Source: Lama guanicoe
Taxonomy: Eukaryota
Reading direction: 5' to 3'
Assembly: GCA_013239625.1 (NCBI GenBank)
Contig: MU055922.1
Coordinates: 1,071,289-1,135,288 of the forward strand
Length of the DNA: 64,000 nt
The notes beneath the pieces were generated by a model. That model was given only the letters and a program-made list of their open reading frames with translations, did no database searches and was not told where the DNA came from. The stretch's first letter is position 1; each line of letters starts with the position of its first letter. The translations under genes were made by a program, and so were the position numbers. Of the stretch, positions 34,728-47,800 are shown piece after piece.

Positions 34728-34864
34728 TCTCCCTTCCTTCCCTCCCTTCCTCCCCTCCCTTCCTCCTCATTCTCTCTCTCTCCCTTCCCTCCCTCATCTT
34801 CTCCCCTCTTCTATGTCTTACTTTCCTCACTTCCCATCCGTCTTTCCTTCCCTTCTTCCTTCCC
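34728..34864. repeat. Polypyrimidine low-complexity tract (CCTT/CT-rich)
   Basis: About 135 bp of almost pure C/T on the + strand. Confidence 0.85.
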
Positions 34865-34879
34865 AAAGTATTTATCCAA

Positions 34880-36290
34880 CAGGTGGCATGGTGAAAGGGC
34901 TGTGACCTCGGCTTTGGAGCCAAACCTCAGGCTTGAGCCCAGGTCCCACAACAGCCAGCATGCTCTTTGCCCCATCTGGGCCTTACTTTCCTGGTTCATA
35001 AAATTTGGCATAATAGCAGGACCTACTAGGTTATTTTGTAGATTGTATGAGAAATATACAGGTATTGTTCTCAGGACAGTGTTGGCTCATGGCTCCATTT
35101 ATCCATTCAATAAATATTTATTAGTCATTTACTATGTGTCAGGCACTGGTCAATGTTCTGGGGATACAAGCCATGAACAAAAAACAGACATAAATGCCTG
35201 TCTTCAAAGAGCTTGCACTCTAGATCACAGACACAACGCACAGCATGTCCACTGGACGGAAGTACAATGGAGACATTCAAAGCAGGTGACGGTGAGAGTG
35301 CGCGCCAAAGGCAGGTAGCGTGGGGTGTGATTAGGTTATAGTATTAAATGAGGTGGTCAGGGAAGGCTCATGAGAAGGGGGCTTCTCAGCAAAGATCTGG
35401 AGGAAGTGAGGGAGGGAGCCATTTGGCTATCTGAGGAACAGTGTTCTGAGCAGAAGAAATGGCAAATAAAAATGAGGGTGCCTAGTGTGTTCAGGGAGGA
35501 CTGGGTGGCGGGGTGCAGAGAGTAAGCGGGGAAAGGTGAGGACAAGCAGGTATGGGATGGGTGGACGGGGTTGGGATGGTACCACAGATGGTGAAGAGTC
35601 GTGTAAAGACTTTGGATTGTGTGCAAAGGGAGACAGGTGTTCAAGTTAGCTCTGGCGGGAACTCTTGTGTGCCTGGCACTGAGCTGGGCTGACGGCCATG
35701 AGTGTGGTGGACAAGGTTCCTGCTCTCAGGGGGCTTACACTCCGCTGGAGGGAACAGCCAGCACGGCTGAGAGTGGTGTGGGCAGACAGCAACATCAGAC
35801 GGGATGCTCTCTAGGGGATAACATTTTTGCCAACATCTGAAGGAGCAAGCCCCAGAGAAAGCACACGCCGGGCCAAAGGGACGTGTGGTGCAGGTGTCTA
35901 GTGCATCCAGTAAGGAACAAGCCTGGGGGCTGAAGGAGGCCGGGAGTCGGGCGAGGCTGGATCTTGGTGAACAAGGGGGTTGGACACCAGGAAGGTGGTA
36001 AGATTAGGAGAGCATGCAAAACAGCGTAAGGCATTCAGGTGCTGTCTAAACAAAACCACTAGAAGTTTTAAAGCCAGGAAGCAAACTAAGCTGGTGTACA
36101 TGTTAACAGACTACCAGTCTATTCGGGAGTGAACAGATGGCTGGAGCAAGGGTGGGGCCAGCAGCCAGTAAGGATGTTGCTGGAGTGGTCCAGGCGGGAG
36201 CCAACGGTGGCTCCTCCCAGAGAGAACAGTGGAGAAAGTTGGATGGATTCAGAAAACGTGCTAAATTCATGGCAGAAAGATCAGCTATTT
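34880..36290. mobile_element. Cluster of a MIR followed by antisense L2 fragments
   Basis: MIR-like text at 34880-35095. L2 tail cattcaataaatatttattagtcatttactatgtgtcaggcactg at about 35104, followed by L2 body text. Confidence 0.6.
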
Positions 36291-36402
36291 AACAAGTGAG
36301 CCAATGGGCTCAGGGGAGCTTCGCTGAATCCCCGTCCTCTCCCTGACTCTGACGGGACCCTCCCGGTGCCCCGGGACCCCGGGACCCCAGGGCCACACTC
36401 AC

Positions 36403-36492
36403 AGGCTCAGCCTCTTCACCATGCTCTTCCGAGGCTTGGGCGACGTGGCGCTGGCGTCCGCGGGCGCTTCGATCTCGCAGGAGAGGGCGTAG
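36403..36492 (-). CDS. RGL1: RGL1 exon (SYALSCEIEAPADASATSPKPRKSMVKRLSL), end of the CDC25 domain
   Basis: ccccag|C acceptor and CT|gtgagt donor. 90 bp, phase 2-2. Confidence 0.94.
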
Positions 36493-37857
36493 CTGGGGAA
36501 GAGAAGGGGCTGGTGAGGGCGGAGGTGGAGAAGGGAACAGATCTAAATTCATGGGATTAACTGGTTTTCCTTCAGAGGAAGGCTCTGATGATTCAAAGTA
36601 AAGATGGGCACTGTGTTGTTCTGCGACAACTGTCAGAGGGCGCTGGCTTAAGGACCAGACCTCGCACGTTCACACGTGCGCCTCCTCCCCTCGGCCCCCC
36701 GCTGACATCCGGGCTGGTGCTGGTTCGCCTCAACAAAGCACAGATCTGCCTGCTTCCAAAGCTGACTCCCTTCTGTTCCTGATCATTCTCATCCCACGGC
36801 CAGACCAGGAGAGGAATCCTTCCGCCCCTACCACCTGCCTCCTGTTACGTGGTGTGTGTGCGCACGGGCGCGACCTACCTGTCCTCTAAGGGAAATGGAA
36901 GAAGAGGCTTTTGTAAACTATCTAATCTTCAATAAATAGACGCAGGCAGCTCTATTACTGATCAAAACATAGAAATGTAATTTTTAATTGCTAAAACATC
37001 ATAAATTAAAAATGCTCCAGGTTGAGACATCTACATGCCAGGCGGGTCTGACTTCCATGGGCACAAGAGGAATTCACATCTCACTTGAAATGTCTTTTTG
37101 AAAGCTCGTAGCTCTAGTTAGGGGTGTACTATGGCCCTGCGCAGGTGAGGAAGGGTAAGAGTGGTGAGTGTCGGCTTGGGGAGTTGCTCATTATGAATAC
37201 TTTTTCTAAACCTAACGATGTTTCCAGGTAGTTGGTTAAGCAGAAGTATTTATTGATACAGGAATTATTCAACTATTAACTTAGGCTGTAGGAGTTTTAT
37301 AAACAGCAAGAAAAAGTGAGATATGCTTAACAAGACTCCTTTAATTATTAAAAGGTCCATTACACTGCTGATACTTGGAGCCTGCGCTTTCTGATCCAAA
37401 CCACCAGCCACGGTATGTACGTTCCATACGTGAGAAGGAGGCACAGAAAGAGGAAGTCCATACAAACTGATGATCAGACCAGAAAATGTAAAGAGAGGGA
37501 AACTGTTTTGTTTCTTACATTAAAGGAAAAAAAAAAACTTCATTAACTGATGAGTGCTCCGAATCAAAGGGTTTAACCGAACAGGACGAACCTATTCTGA
37601 GATTTTAAAAACAACCTCAGAAATCATCTTTCAAAAGAGGAAATGGACGTGTTTCGTTTACATGATCTGCTCAACATTATAACCACCTTCAGAGCTTAGG
37701 GCACAGTGTCCGGAGACCTGAGCTTGAATCCAAACTCTATCACTAACTGGTTATAATATTTCTCCAAACCTCAATTTCCTCATTGGCAAGATACTTGTTT
37801 TGCTGGTAACTGCAATCTCCCTGGTGATAAACTTTCAAGGAAACCCCCGGTCTACAG

Positions 37858-38153
37858 CAGGGGTCAGCAAATATTTTCCGTAAAGGATGAAACAAGAAGT
37901 ATTTTAGGCTTTGCAGGCTATGTGGTCGCTGTTTCCACCATGCAGCTCTGCCTTTAAGCATAAAATCAACTGTAAATACGATGTAAAGGAATGGGCTGTG
38001 TTCTGGTGCAGCTTTATTTTCTTATTGGATACTAAAATTTTAATTTCAAACAACTGTACCATGTCCCAGTATTCTTTTTTATGTCAACCATTTGAAAGTG
38101 TAAAACCAGGCAGCGGGCAGGATTCAGCCCGCGGTCTCTACTCCCCGGGACTG
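37858..38153. mobile_element. hAT-Charlie MITE (MER58B-like)
   Basis: Begins caggggtcagcaaatattttccgtaaagg..tattttaggctttgcaggc and ends caggcagcgggcaggattcagcccgcgg. Confidence 0.75.
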
Positions 38154-38902
38154 CAGGGTAAGGGCTGCGCAGCCCTGCTGGGCCAACACTCAAGGCCCGG
38201 GGATGAGTGACCTGCCCACGCCTGTCCTTCTCTGTTTTGAGACCCGTCCCTGTGAACCAGCCGCACGAGAGCTCCACCTGTCCTTCCAGACCCCGAGCTC
38301 GTCAGGCCGCCGGGCCTGGGTTCACGCTCTCCTCTCTGTCTGGACTGTTGTTCTCCAGTTCTGGTGAAATCTTTTCTCTCCTTCACAGCCCAGCCCAGAC
38401 ATTCACACCTTTTTGACAGCCTCCCTCTTTCCCCCCATCCTTGGCCCAGTGAACTGTTCCCCACTGATTACCTAATGTATTTCCATGCTTCGTGAGCTCC
38501 TCTCCTCTCTGTTTGAAAGCTCCCTCAAAGCTAACACCACTTAGCACTTAGTGACAAGCATGGTGATGATGGTGGTGGTGGTGGTAAGCACTGAACAATG
38601 CTGTCCCCAAAGAGGTTCCATTTAATCCCCACAAACACTTTACAGACGAGGATCCTACCCTGCAGGTCAGGAGGATGGAGTCACTTGTTCAAGGTTACAA
38701 AGATAAGTAAACGGTAGCAAGAATTCTGATACCATCCATCCAATTTCTCCTGCTCCACCATCAGCCTTTGAAAACCGAGGACCCGGAACCTAGGAGCTGC
38801 TCGAGAAGTCACTGCTGAATAAATGGCCGGGCGAGGAACTGGACGCAGCGTCCCTCTGGCCAGCACCGCCGCTCCACCCTGGTGGGCGGCGTGGCCACCT
38901 AC

Positions 38903-39024
38903 CTCTCCTCCTCTGTCAGCAGCTGCTGCTTCTGGAACCACTGGATGAACTTTGGGTCCGGGGTCATACAGTAGCTGTTGCAGGCAGATTGTAGGAGCTT
39001 TATTTGGGCAATCACTTCAAATTC
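38903..39024 (-). CDS. RGL1: RGL1 exon (EFEVIAQIKLLQSACNSYCMTPDPKFIQWFQKQQLLTEEE)
   Basis: ctttag|GAA acceptor and AG|gtaggt donor. 122 bp. Confidence 0.95.
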
Positions 39025-40699
39025 CTAAAGCAAACAGACCAGCAAAAAGAAGGCGTGAACAAGGCCAATCAGGTAGACGCCTTTTCAACATGAAACCACA
39101 GCACATTAGGGTAAGTGACGGAGAAGACCGCCTTCCTTAGAAATACAGTGGCTGGATCGCTCGTCCGTCCTAACTCTGCTCTGACTCTCAGCACGCTTTA
39201 GTGGTCAAGTCCTCCCTCCTCCCTGAGAAAGCAACTCACATGAGTAAAACTGGCCACCAGGGCGCCCCAAGCTAGGTGCTCCCTCAGGTCGCAGTGGCTT
39301 CCTTTTTCTCTCTTCCATTTCTATTCTTGGGACAGAAAACCTATTTTTTAAGGTTGAGTCCTGCTAAAATGTATTTTAAAATTCTGTTTCCTAAAAGATA
39401 AAGAAAAAAACTTAACTTTGGGAAGCTCTCAAGTTCCCTACCCCCATCTTCTTCAACCCTTACCCCTCAATAAATAAGTCTTGGTAGAGCTGAATATCCA
39501 AACAGTCCAGGGCCTCATAAACTTGGATGTTTAGATTGCCTAAGTCCCTGGGTTTTCACTACCTAGTAAATCACTTAACTAAGTCTTTTAAAGCTCACAA
39601 GAGAAGCAAGTGTATAATTATGTCCAAAATTATTTATACTTCTTTAGATGTTTCAGTAAAGATTTTTTTAAGTCAGCAATGGGTAGAAGCTGTAGCTTTA
39701 GGTTTTATACTCAAACTTTCCAGAAGTTTAATATGCTAGTCTTACAAGGAAAGAGATCACCATCCAGGGTTATTCTGAAGTTGAAGGACAAAGATGGGTA
39801 AATGTGGAGGCAGTAACTGTATTTGTTGTGTCATTACAGGACATGGCAGAAGCAGCTTAGCAACTAGAAGATTCCATGGGTGTCAACTCCCCATTCAATG
39901 CCTGCCACCTTCGGGCTTAGCATCCTCAAGGAACACGTGTCATCATCCGCTACCAGGGACAGAAGACGTACGTTTGTCTAGGTTAGCATATCTTGTTACT
40001 TACGAGTTCAGCCTGCTAACTCCTGCAACTTTGGCGCTAACTTCAATGTCCTTTCCTCCTGGTGGTTTCTCAGACCCCCACAGGCTGGGGGCAGGCGCCC
40101 CTCCGGTGCGCTCCTGTAACACCCGCAACTTCTGCTCACAAGCCCGCATCCGGCTGCACTATAACTGCCTGTTTGTCTACCTTCCTCGCTGACTGTGGAC
40201 GCGAGGCGGGCAGGGAGCTCCGGGATTTCCTCCTGCCGTCCCCAGCCTGCCACAGTGCCCGGGCCGTGGGCCGCATGCAGCCAGTGCTCGTGGGACAGAG
40301 CATGAGTGGGTAACTGAACAGTGCGGACACCGGACGGCGAAGTTACCACTGTGCTCACCCCTGTCCCTGTGAACTGCTCGACTGCACCATTTCCACACTA
40401 ACGCCGTAGCGGATTTGCAAAGCTCTGTTTTGCCTTTTCCAGTGCAGGGCAGAACTATTCAGCTCTCCCCAGAAAAATTCAAGTGGATGACCACCCCCGC
40501 CTCGGCTGACGGGGAAGGAAAACAATTGCCCACGTGTGACAGTGCAGACTTGTCTCCTCCCCTCCCTCCGGCAGGCCCGCAACAGCCAACCGTCTTCATT
40601 GCCTCTTCGATACCATCTACGCTATGAAACCCTTTCTCCTTAATAGGATGAACCTATTATTACCGAAGCTGATTGTAAAGAAGGTGATGATGAAGGGGT

Positions 40700-40915
40700 T
40701 TAAGAAAGAAGTGTGGGCTCTGGAGAGGCAGAGCAGGATCTGAACCCTGGCTGTCCTCCCGGGTGACTCTGGTTGAGTTACTTCATCTCTCTGGGTCCTG
40801 GCTTCCTCAGCTTTGAATTGAGGATGATAAAACCTACCTCACAGGGCTCTCGGGCAGTAACATGCAGGAACATGCCAAGCACCGTGATACACAACAAATG
40901 TTCAATAAATGCTAA
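40700..40915 (+). mobile_element. MIR SINE
   Basis: MIR-like text: gggctctggag..gagttacttcatctctctgggtcctggcttcctcagct..aaatgttcaataaatgcta. Confidence 0.65.
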
Positions 40916-41023
40916 TTCTCTTTCTCCTGCCTCTACAAAAAACTTGTCTCCACTCCTGAATAATTTTGTTCACGCCCAGATAAAGTAAAACGGAAAACCA
41001 CAGCCAGCCGAGACCCCACTTAC

Positions 41024-41056
41024 CCTTCTCCTCTTCTCAAAGTTTATCAGGCCGCC
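41024..41056 (-). CDS. RGL1: RGL1 33-nt micro-exon (GGLINFEKRRR)
   Basis: tttcag|GGC acceptor and AGG|gtaagt donor. Conserved CDC25 LINFxKR motif. Phase 0-0. Confidence 0.93.
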
Positions 41057-42327
41057 CTGAAAGAATTTAGAAAAAGGAAGAGTGACGAACCAAGCTGCTT
41101 TGAAGCACAGCCCTGTCTGTTCTGGGTCATATTAAGCTAGATCAAAGGGACAATCAAGTCATAGTTATTAATGGCACCGTAATTATGGCTACCTTGGAGG
41201 AAGAGATGTCTCATTCGCTTAAAGAAAGACATTCTTTTAATTATAATAGGACAGGATGGGTGGACAGCCTTCTCCTAGAATGTCTGAAACCAACTCAAAC
41301 AGCAATGATAAAGGATTTACAACTCAGAGAATCCAAATACATTCGCAGAGTCAGTGAAGGCAAAAGCTTGAGTGAATGTCCGGCTACACTTTTTTTTTCC
41401 TTTCCTGGCCCCAAAGCAATGAAGACAGATGGTTATTGACTCATCATACTGGAAACCAAATTGTTGATGGTTTATCAAAAGGGAAGACACTTCTACATAA
41501 CATCATCATAGAAGTTAAGTTTCAATTCTCCATCCCCTCTCCCCCGATCCTATTCTCAGAAGGCTGAATTTAATCTCTAAATCATTGGTCACGCCCCACC
41601 GCCGGAATCCCCAGCACTGGTGAGAGTCTCCGGAGCCCAGCTGAGGCGGCGTGTGTGAGACTCAGCACGGGCTCCGTGACGGGCGCGCCCGCGTCTATGC
41701 GCACGGAGGGGGGCGCGCGCCAAGTGACTGCTGCTCCTGGTTAGAGTGAAAGGAGGCTGACTGCAGGTGACGACCAGGAAGGTGGGATGCATTTAAATAC
41801 GCAAGAAGTCCTCAAAATTTCATCTCGAATATCAAATCTCTCCTCCATGCAATACTCTATTACTGTTACGAACATGTAGCTTGTTTGACTGGGTTTCACT
41901 TCTTTCCCATTTGTGGGGAGAGAGAGAGCGAAAAGGTGATAATGTGAAACAAACAAACCAAAGAAGGATACTTAAAAATCCACAAAGTGGACCGACCCCC
42001 TGCCCTCCAAGGCAGAGTGTTAAGGCATATGATCCCCTCATTTCCACCTGTCCAAATCCTGCCCAACATCACGGTCTTGCTCAAACCCACTCCTTCACGA
42101 GGCCCTGCCATGCCACCCCCTCATCTGGAACTGATCGTGGCCTCGTCTCCTCTTCTCTCGTTGCGTTTCTGTTTGAATTCTCATCACTTCTACCCACCAC
42201 TGCCTGCTTTGCTGTACACCTTCCACCCCACTGGGGGCCACGGCTGGTGGTCTCCATCTTTGGGCTCCTCAGCGCACGGAGCATAACGCCACGTTCGCAG
42301 TGGGCCCCCCGCCGGCCCGGAACTCAC

Positions 42328-42414
42328 CTCGATGTAGTCCGGGAGGGCGGTGTCAAGCATGGTCAGGTCGGTCAGGAAGGTGCCCAGGTAGGGCACAGTC
42401 CCCTGCATCACACC
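42328..42414 (-). CDS. RGL1: RGL1 exon ([29 protein letters not shown])
   Basis: ttgcag|GGT acceptor and GAG|gtgagt donor. RasGEF signature VPYLGxxLxDL. Confidence 0.97.
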
Positions 42415-43189
42415 CTGCAAGGCAAGCACAGCAAACCCATCGTTGCCGGTGTTGAAAAGCTTAGGGCTTCAGTAACCTCCACCCCGGACCAAACGGACCT
42501 GTGGGCCGCTCCCTTGAACAGCGTGCCCACGTGCAGATGAAGGGGCACTCTTGGAACAGCTCGGTTTGGAGAATAATTAAGGACCATTTCAGGCCTAATT
42601 TAAGGCCACGAGCACTAACCTCTATGAATGAACTGTTTTAAATTCCCACACAAATGGGTCAGGAACTCCATCACCAGGGTCACTTTCAAAGTCACGAAAA
42701 CCAAGCCCCAAAGCCAGGAGGTGGTTCCCACGTGTTCACAGTGGGTTTCCACACTGCTTAGTCTCAGGCCAGAGGGACATCTGCTCCTTTCACCGCGTGC
42801 AGACACTCAGGTGGTTGAGGACGGCCCCGGTGGGGGTGGCCTCGCCATCGGCGGAGGAGTGGGCGGGGGCACGCTGGAGAAGTGTGACCACAGGAGCGTG
42901 GGGTGCCACTATTTAAATGGCGGCTTGGTGGCTCGGTTCTGAAGAACAGAGGAGGGGCAGGGAAAACCAGACACCTGAAAGTGGAAAACCTGACAACCCC
43001 TACCTTCACCAAGTGATGTGGGCTAATGCGTCAGCCACACCAGATGCCATCCCCTCCACGATGGCTGAGAAGGGCGCCTCACATCTGCGGTGTTCTTCCC
43101 CAGACCCTCCGTCTGCCCAACCACTAGGGAGATGACAGACACGCCCTGGTGGGGGGACATTCTACGGATACCAGGACAGTCTTCCTGAA

Positions 43190-43520
43190 CATTGCCAGAC
43201 AACACAAAACAAGGAGAGACTCGGAAACTGTGACAGAGCAGAGGAGACCAGGTTGACAAGGCAACTAGATGTGGTGGGGGGGCCGGGTTGGATCCTGGAA
43301 CAGAAAGAGGAGACTTCACGAAAAAACTAGCGAAATCCAAGCCACTCTGGACTCCGGTTCACAGCGCTGTGCCCGGGTGGGTTTCTTAGTACTGACAGAG
43401 GGTGGGTCATGATTACGGAAGATGCTCACAAAGGCGGGGGATGGGCGACGGGCTCACAGGAGCTCTCTGTACTACCTGGCACTCGTCTCTAAATTCTAAA
43501 ACAAAAGGTTTATTTAAGAA
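43190..43520 (+). mobile_element. L1 (L1MC/L1MB-like) 3' end fragment
   Basis: Text ggttggatcctggaacagaaagagga..aaaactagcgaaatccaa..gggtttcttagtactgaca..ctctaaattctaaaacaaaaggtttatttaa. Confidence 0.65.
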
Positions 43521-44734
43521 AAAACTGTCCCTCGGAAATGCAGGTAGGAGCCCTTCAATGGCAGGTATGTCTGTGCCCTTTTAATTTCACCAAATGTCCT
43601 TTGAGATTGTCTCTGTTCTCCCCCAGGCCGCTGAGGCCCTAGCCATTCTGGAGAGAAGATGAACGGACACCCGAGCCTACAGCCCACCCAGGCAGGAAGA
43701 CGAGGGCCCGCCCCGGCAGGGCGCGAGGCGGGCTGCTTCCCCCCGGGACCGCCTCGTGAGGGCTGTGCCCGTGAGCACTTTGTCCTCTAGGACCTCACTG
43801 TCAGCTGCAGTCTGTCCTTCCCTATCATGCGTCCAAGGTCTCATCCTGAACCAAAATAATCTCTCTTTCAAAAAAAAAAAAAAACCCCAGCTATTCTTAA
43901 CTTGTCTTTGAACAACCAAAAGAAGCCTGCAATGCTGCGGGTGTTTTCGGGGCCGTGTCACTGAAGAGCCCGTCAGTCAGAAACAGCCCGTCTGGTTCAT
44001 GACCAGCCCTCCAGCGCAGGAGGAGGAGGCTGTCACAGCAAGGGGGAGGGTATTTACAGTCTGTCAGACTCTGACCTCCTCTCTCTGGTCTCCCCCTTCT
44101 GTGCCAAAAGCTAGGGGAGGTTTAAACATCAAGCCAACGACATTAAAAGTGCCTTCAGGTCTTAAAGAGGGAGGTAGGGCGCCCCCTCGAGTCCTGACAA
44201 ACTAGAAAGAGCTGGTGCGCGTGTGGGGTCAGTGAGGGGAGGCAGAAAATGAACAGACGGGTTGGAACAAATGATCTCCAAGGACAAGGACCAAGCCGTC
44301 CTGGGAGCCGACGCTCTCTGCCCTGGGCCACCATGTGCTCAGTGCTGACCGCAGATGGCATTCCCGTCAGGGAACTGAAGCCCAGGAGGTCTCAAGGCCA
44401 AGGGAGGAGTAGCCCCTGAGGGCAGGTGTGGACGCAGGACAGCAAAAGGGGACAGACATCTACCTGCCGCAGACTTTCCCTCACTTCCAGGAAAAAAAAA
44501 AGTTCCGGAAAACAACATGATTTGCGACTCTCAGTGTTTACTTCCTGCTGGGTTGAGTGGGAGGGAGGAAGGCTTTCCTGCAGACCTCCCAGGGTCGCTG
44601 GGAACAAATGAGGGCGAGAATGGAGGAACGTTCTGGAAAGCTAGGGCACCCAGCAGACCGGGGCCCGCTACGCACACGGAGCCACGCTCTCAGCGGTGGG
44701 AGGTGGCCTCAGGAAGGCCTGGGCTCTGACATAC

Positions 44735-44824
44735 CATGTCCTTCTGGAGCTGAAGCCGCCTCTGAGTCCGCTTCTGGTTCTCCTTCACACTGCTGTCCAG
44801 GTTTGCAAATTTTGAGGTTCCTTC
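44735..44824 (-). CDS. RGL1: RGL1 exon (EGTSKFANLDSSVKENQKRTQRRLQLQKDM)
   Basis: tcttag|GAA acceptor and ATG|gtatgt donor. 90 bp. Confidence 0.95.
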
Positions 44825-47800
44825 CTAAGAAACAGAAACACACGCGGAGGAGTGTGATGGAGGATGATGCTACCACCAAGGAGCGAGGGGTGCCTGGTTC
44901 CGGCACAGAACCTCTGCCCCCCACCATCTAGACGCCGCACAACACCAAGAGGCCTCCAGAAGGCCCTGGGCTGTCCCAGGCAGGCCTCGGGCTGGCTGGT
45001 GGCAAGGGGTCTTGTGTGTGAGGAGGCCTGGCGACCACGGTTGATCCTGCTCGCCCCCTATTTTGTAAGAAGAGCCTCCAACTTGGTTGTAAAATCTCTC
45101 GTTAATACAAAGCAGGCCGTTCCTGGAGCTGGAGACAATTTTTACACACCCCAAATTTCCCTCAAAGGAATCACTTGTCCTGGAAAGTGACGAGCTCTTC
45201 CTCTGCCTGTTTTGTGCTTTCCTGATCCTGGCCTGACACGCACATCCCCCCGTGCTGTGAAAGAAAAGAGACCATTTCTGTGGTATGGCTCAGCTAAATG
45301 AAACTTCTGTACCAGAAGTTTTCCGAGGAAGGCCAGCACTAATGTATGAAAGCCAGACCATCAGACATTTTTTTCCCCTCTTTTCTCCCCTAGTCAATCC
45401 TCCCGAGTTGCCTCTAAATCACCCCTTCCTCCTGGCGCTGGGGGACAGATGGCTGCTCTGTGTCACCACCCCTCTGTTGTAACAACAAACTCTTTTGCAC
45501 GGTGACTGATCTCTAGTTTGCTGACTGAACAGAAAGGGTTTCTGGTTTTGTGGTTTCAGGGTCTTGCTAAGTTCTCATTTTCCAGGAACTGTATGAATGG
45601 GAGGCAAATTTCTCAATTCGGCAGCACGTCACCTCTGCGTCGGTTTCCCCTTCGTCAGTTGCCCTGGGCTTGTTACATTACCACAGCACGTGGCCTTTCA
45701 CCGCGGCACAGCTATGAGGGGACCTCTTTCAGCGACTTGGCCTCTCCGACGGCAGTGCGGCATCAGCATCTTCCATCATTCACCAGCCTTCCCCCGCCGC
45801 CAGGGACAGAAGCCACAGCCACACATCGCCTACTTTCAGGCTCTCTGTTACGAACGGTAACAAGGAGAGGTATCGTCTGAGGACCTCCTACCTAAGAGTC
45901 TTTCCTGGGGGGGAAATGAAAGTGGCCTGAAATGTGCCGCTTCCTGGGCTGGGTGGTTCTGGGTCCTCCCAAATTCTCGAGAATGTGCTTGCAGTGAGAA
46001 ATCAACTCTTTCTGACTTGAAGGTGAGTGTCATCTCTTTCCAGTTCCTTCTGGTTCCCCTTCCGGTTTCTCAATCATTGGCAGATGCACAGTGTAGGGAA
46101 AATTATTGCAGATCTAACCGAAATTCTTAAGAAGGACTTCTGAAGAGTGAAGAGGCTCCTGAGAATCACTGAAATGGGGTGCTCAAGGAAGAGAGCTGAG
46201 GACAACCTCCTCCCTTCCAGCCGGGGGCTAGAAGACTCGCTGATTCCATGACTTCATGAGAATGAGATTCCCCTACTGGCTGGAAAACTAAAGACTGGCT
46301 GCCGTCAGTTCTTCCAAATGAGGTGCCAAGTGAAAATCCACCATGTGCCATAATCAGCCATGTCAGTGTCTTCGTTCCTCGGCCCTAAATCCTTTGCCCT
46401 GCAAGGTCCCACAACACCCATCCCTTGAAACTTCTCAAGACCTCACAGGTTCTGTGACCGCACTGCTCTGGTTCTCCCTCCTGCCTCCTGCTGCTGCTCA
46501 CGCTCACATCCTCTTAGTGATGCTTCTTTCTGACAAAGTCATCTTCTTGTTTTTCACTATGCTTCCATCTTCAGTCCCATGGCCTTAATCATCACCCACA
46601 TTTGGATGCATCCCAAACCTCTCCCTCCATCAGCGTCCTGCTGTCCCCCATCTCGTCCCCTCTGTGTCCTCCTCTCTCTTCTTTGGCAGAGGTCAGCTGC
46701 CCGCATCCACCCTGCTCCTGAGCCTCGGAGGGGCCTCTCCCACTAGGGAGACACACAGGCACTGGACTCTTCTCACTCCACACCAGTTAAGTCAATGGTT
46801 CCATGTGAAAAGGCCTAACAGCCCTAACAGGCTTCTGTCCTGACTCTGACAGCAGTGCGTTTCGGAGCGTTGCTAAGCGGACAGCGCCAGCAGAGCCAAA
46901 TGCCTGCGCCTTTCTAGGAGGTGTTCACAGCAATTTGATCCGGGAGAATGCTCACCAAGGGTCCCACGAGCCAAGAAGGTTTGGTGGTCCTCTGCCTCCC
47001 TGCTGTTTTGAAGTGTGTGGACTCCTTAGTTCACCTGCTTGGAATGATCCAAGTTTCCGAAATCACGAAGAGGTAGCAGGTTTAAGGTAATCACTGAGTC
47101 AAATAAAAGCATTTGTTTCCAATAGTCAAAAGGAAAACCATAGACTTTTGCTAATTATTATGTCGCCTCAACCACAGTATTAGAGGTAGCCCATTACGTC
47201 CACCCAGGAGCAGCAGAGACGCCACGGAAGACTAAGACCGCCACAGACCGGGGCAGGTGCAGCCTGGCGCGTTAAACGAGGCCAGCATTTTTCCTTAGTG
47301 GCTCTTCTGAAAACTTAAGTACTCTGATTTCATTTTTTTTAAAAAAAAGAACTGCACTGAGAATTAACACTCAGAGTTATACACTTCATGTGGAGAATAA
47401 TAAACAGAGAAGACTGGAGAGGGCCCTCCATATACATGTGACCTGCCCCAAACATTCCACTGTCCTTAATGATGAGGCCCAGACCACATGAATCCAGAGC
47501 CAAGGTTTTCACTTCTCTGGGGTTTGAGCCATATATGAGAGATTTAACTTAGCGTGCCGGGTAAACGTCTACATTTAAGAGAGGCTTATGGGACCTTTAA
47601 TGTCCAGATACAGCCCTGCTTCTAAGTTTTCAGCCAGAAGACGGCCACCAGGCCACGGGCTGCGGAGTGTGCAATTTATCTGCTTTGGAGGGGTGACTCG
47701 GAGCTGTTGGGATTTGAATGTGTGGCTCCAGTGAGTCTAGCCTTGTATCGCTGACAGGGAGACCACTGAGCCGTCTCCTTCGAGCCCGATGAGCTTCCGT

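Noticed and set aside
39251-39268. CTCF-like motif TGGCCACCAGGGCGCCCC
   Set aside because: It lacks two G residues of the CCACCAGGGGGCGC core, so it cannot be called without PWM scoring or ChIP data.
41881-42540. 219-aa antisense ORF overlapping an RGL1 exon
   Set aside because: Non-ATG start, partly the shadow of the coding exon, no protein-like features.
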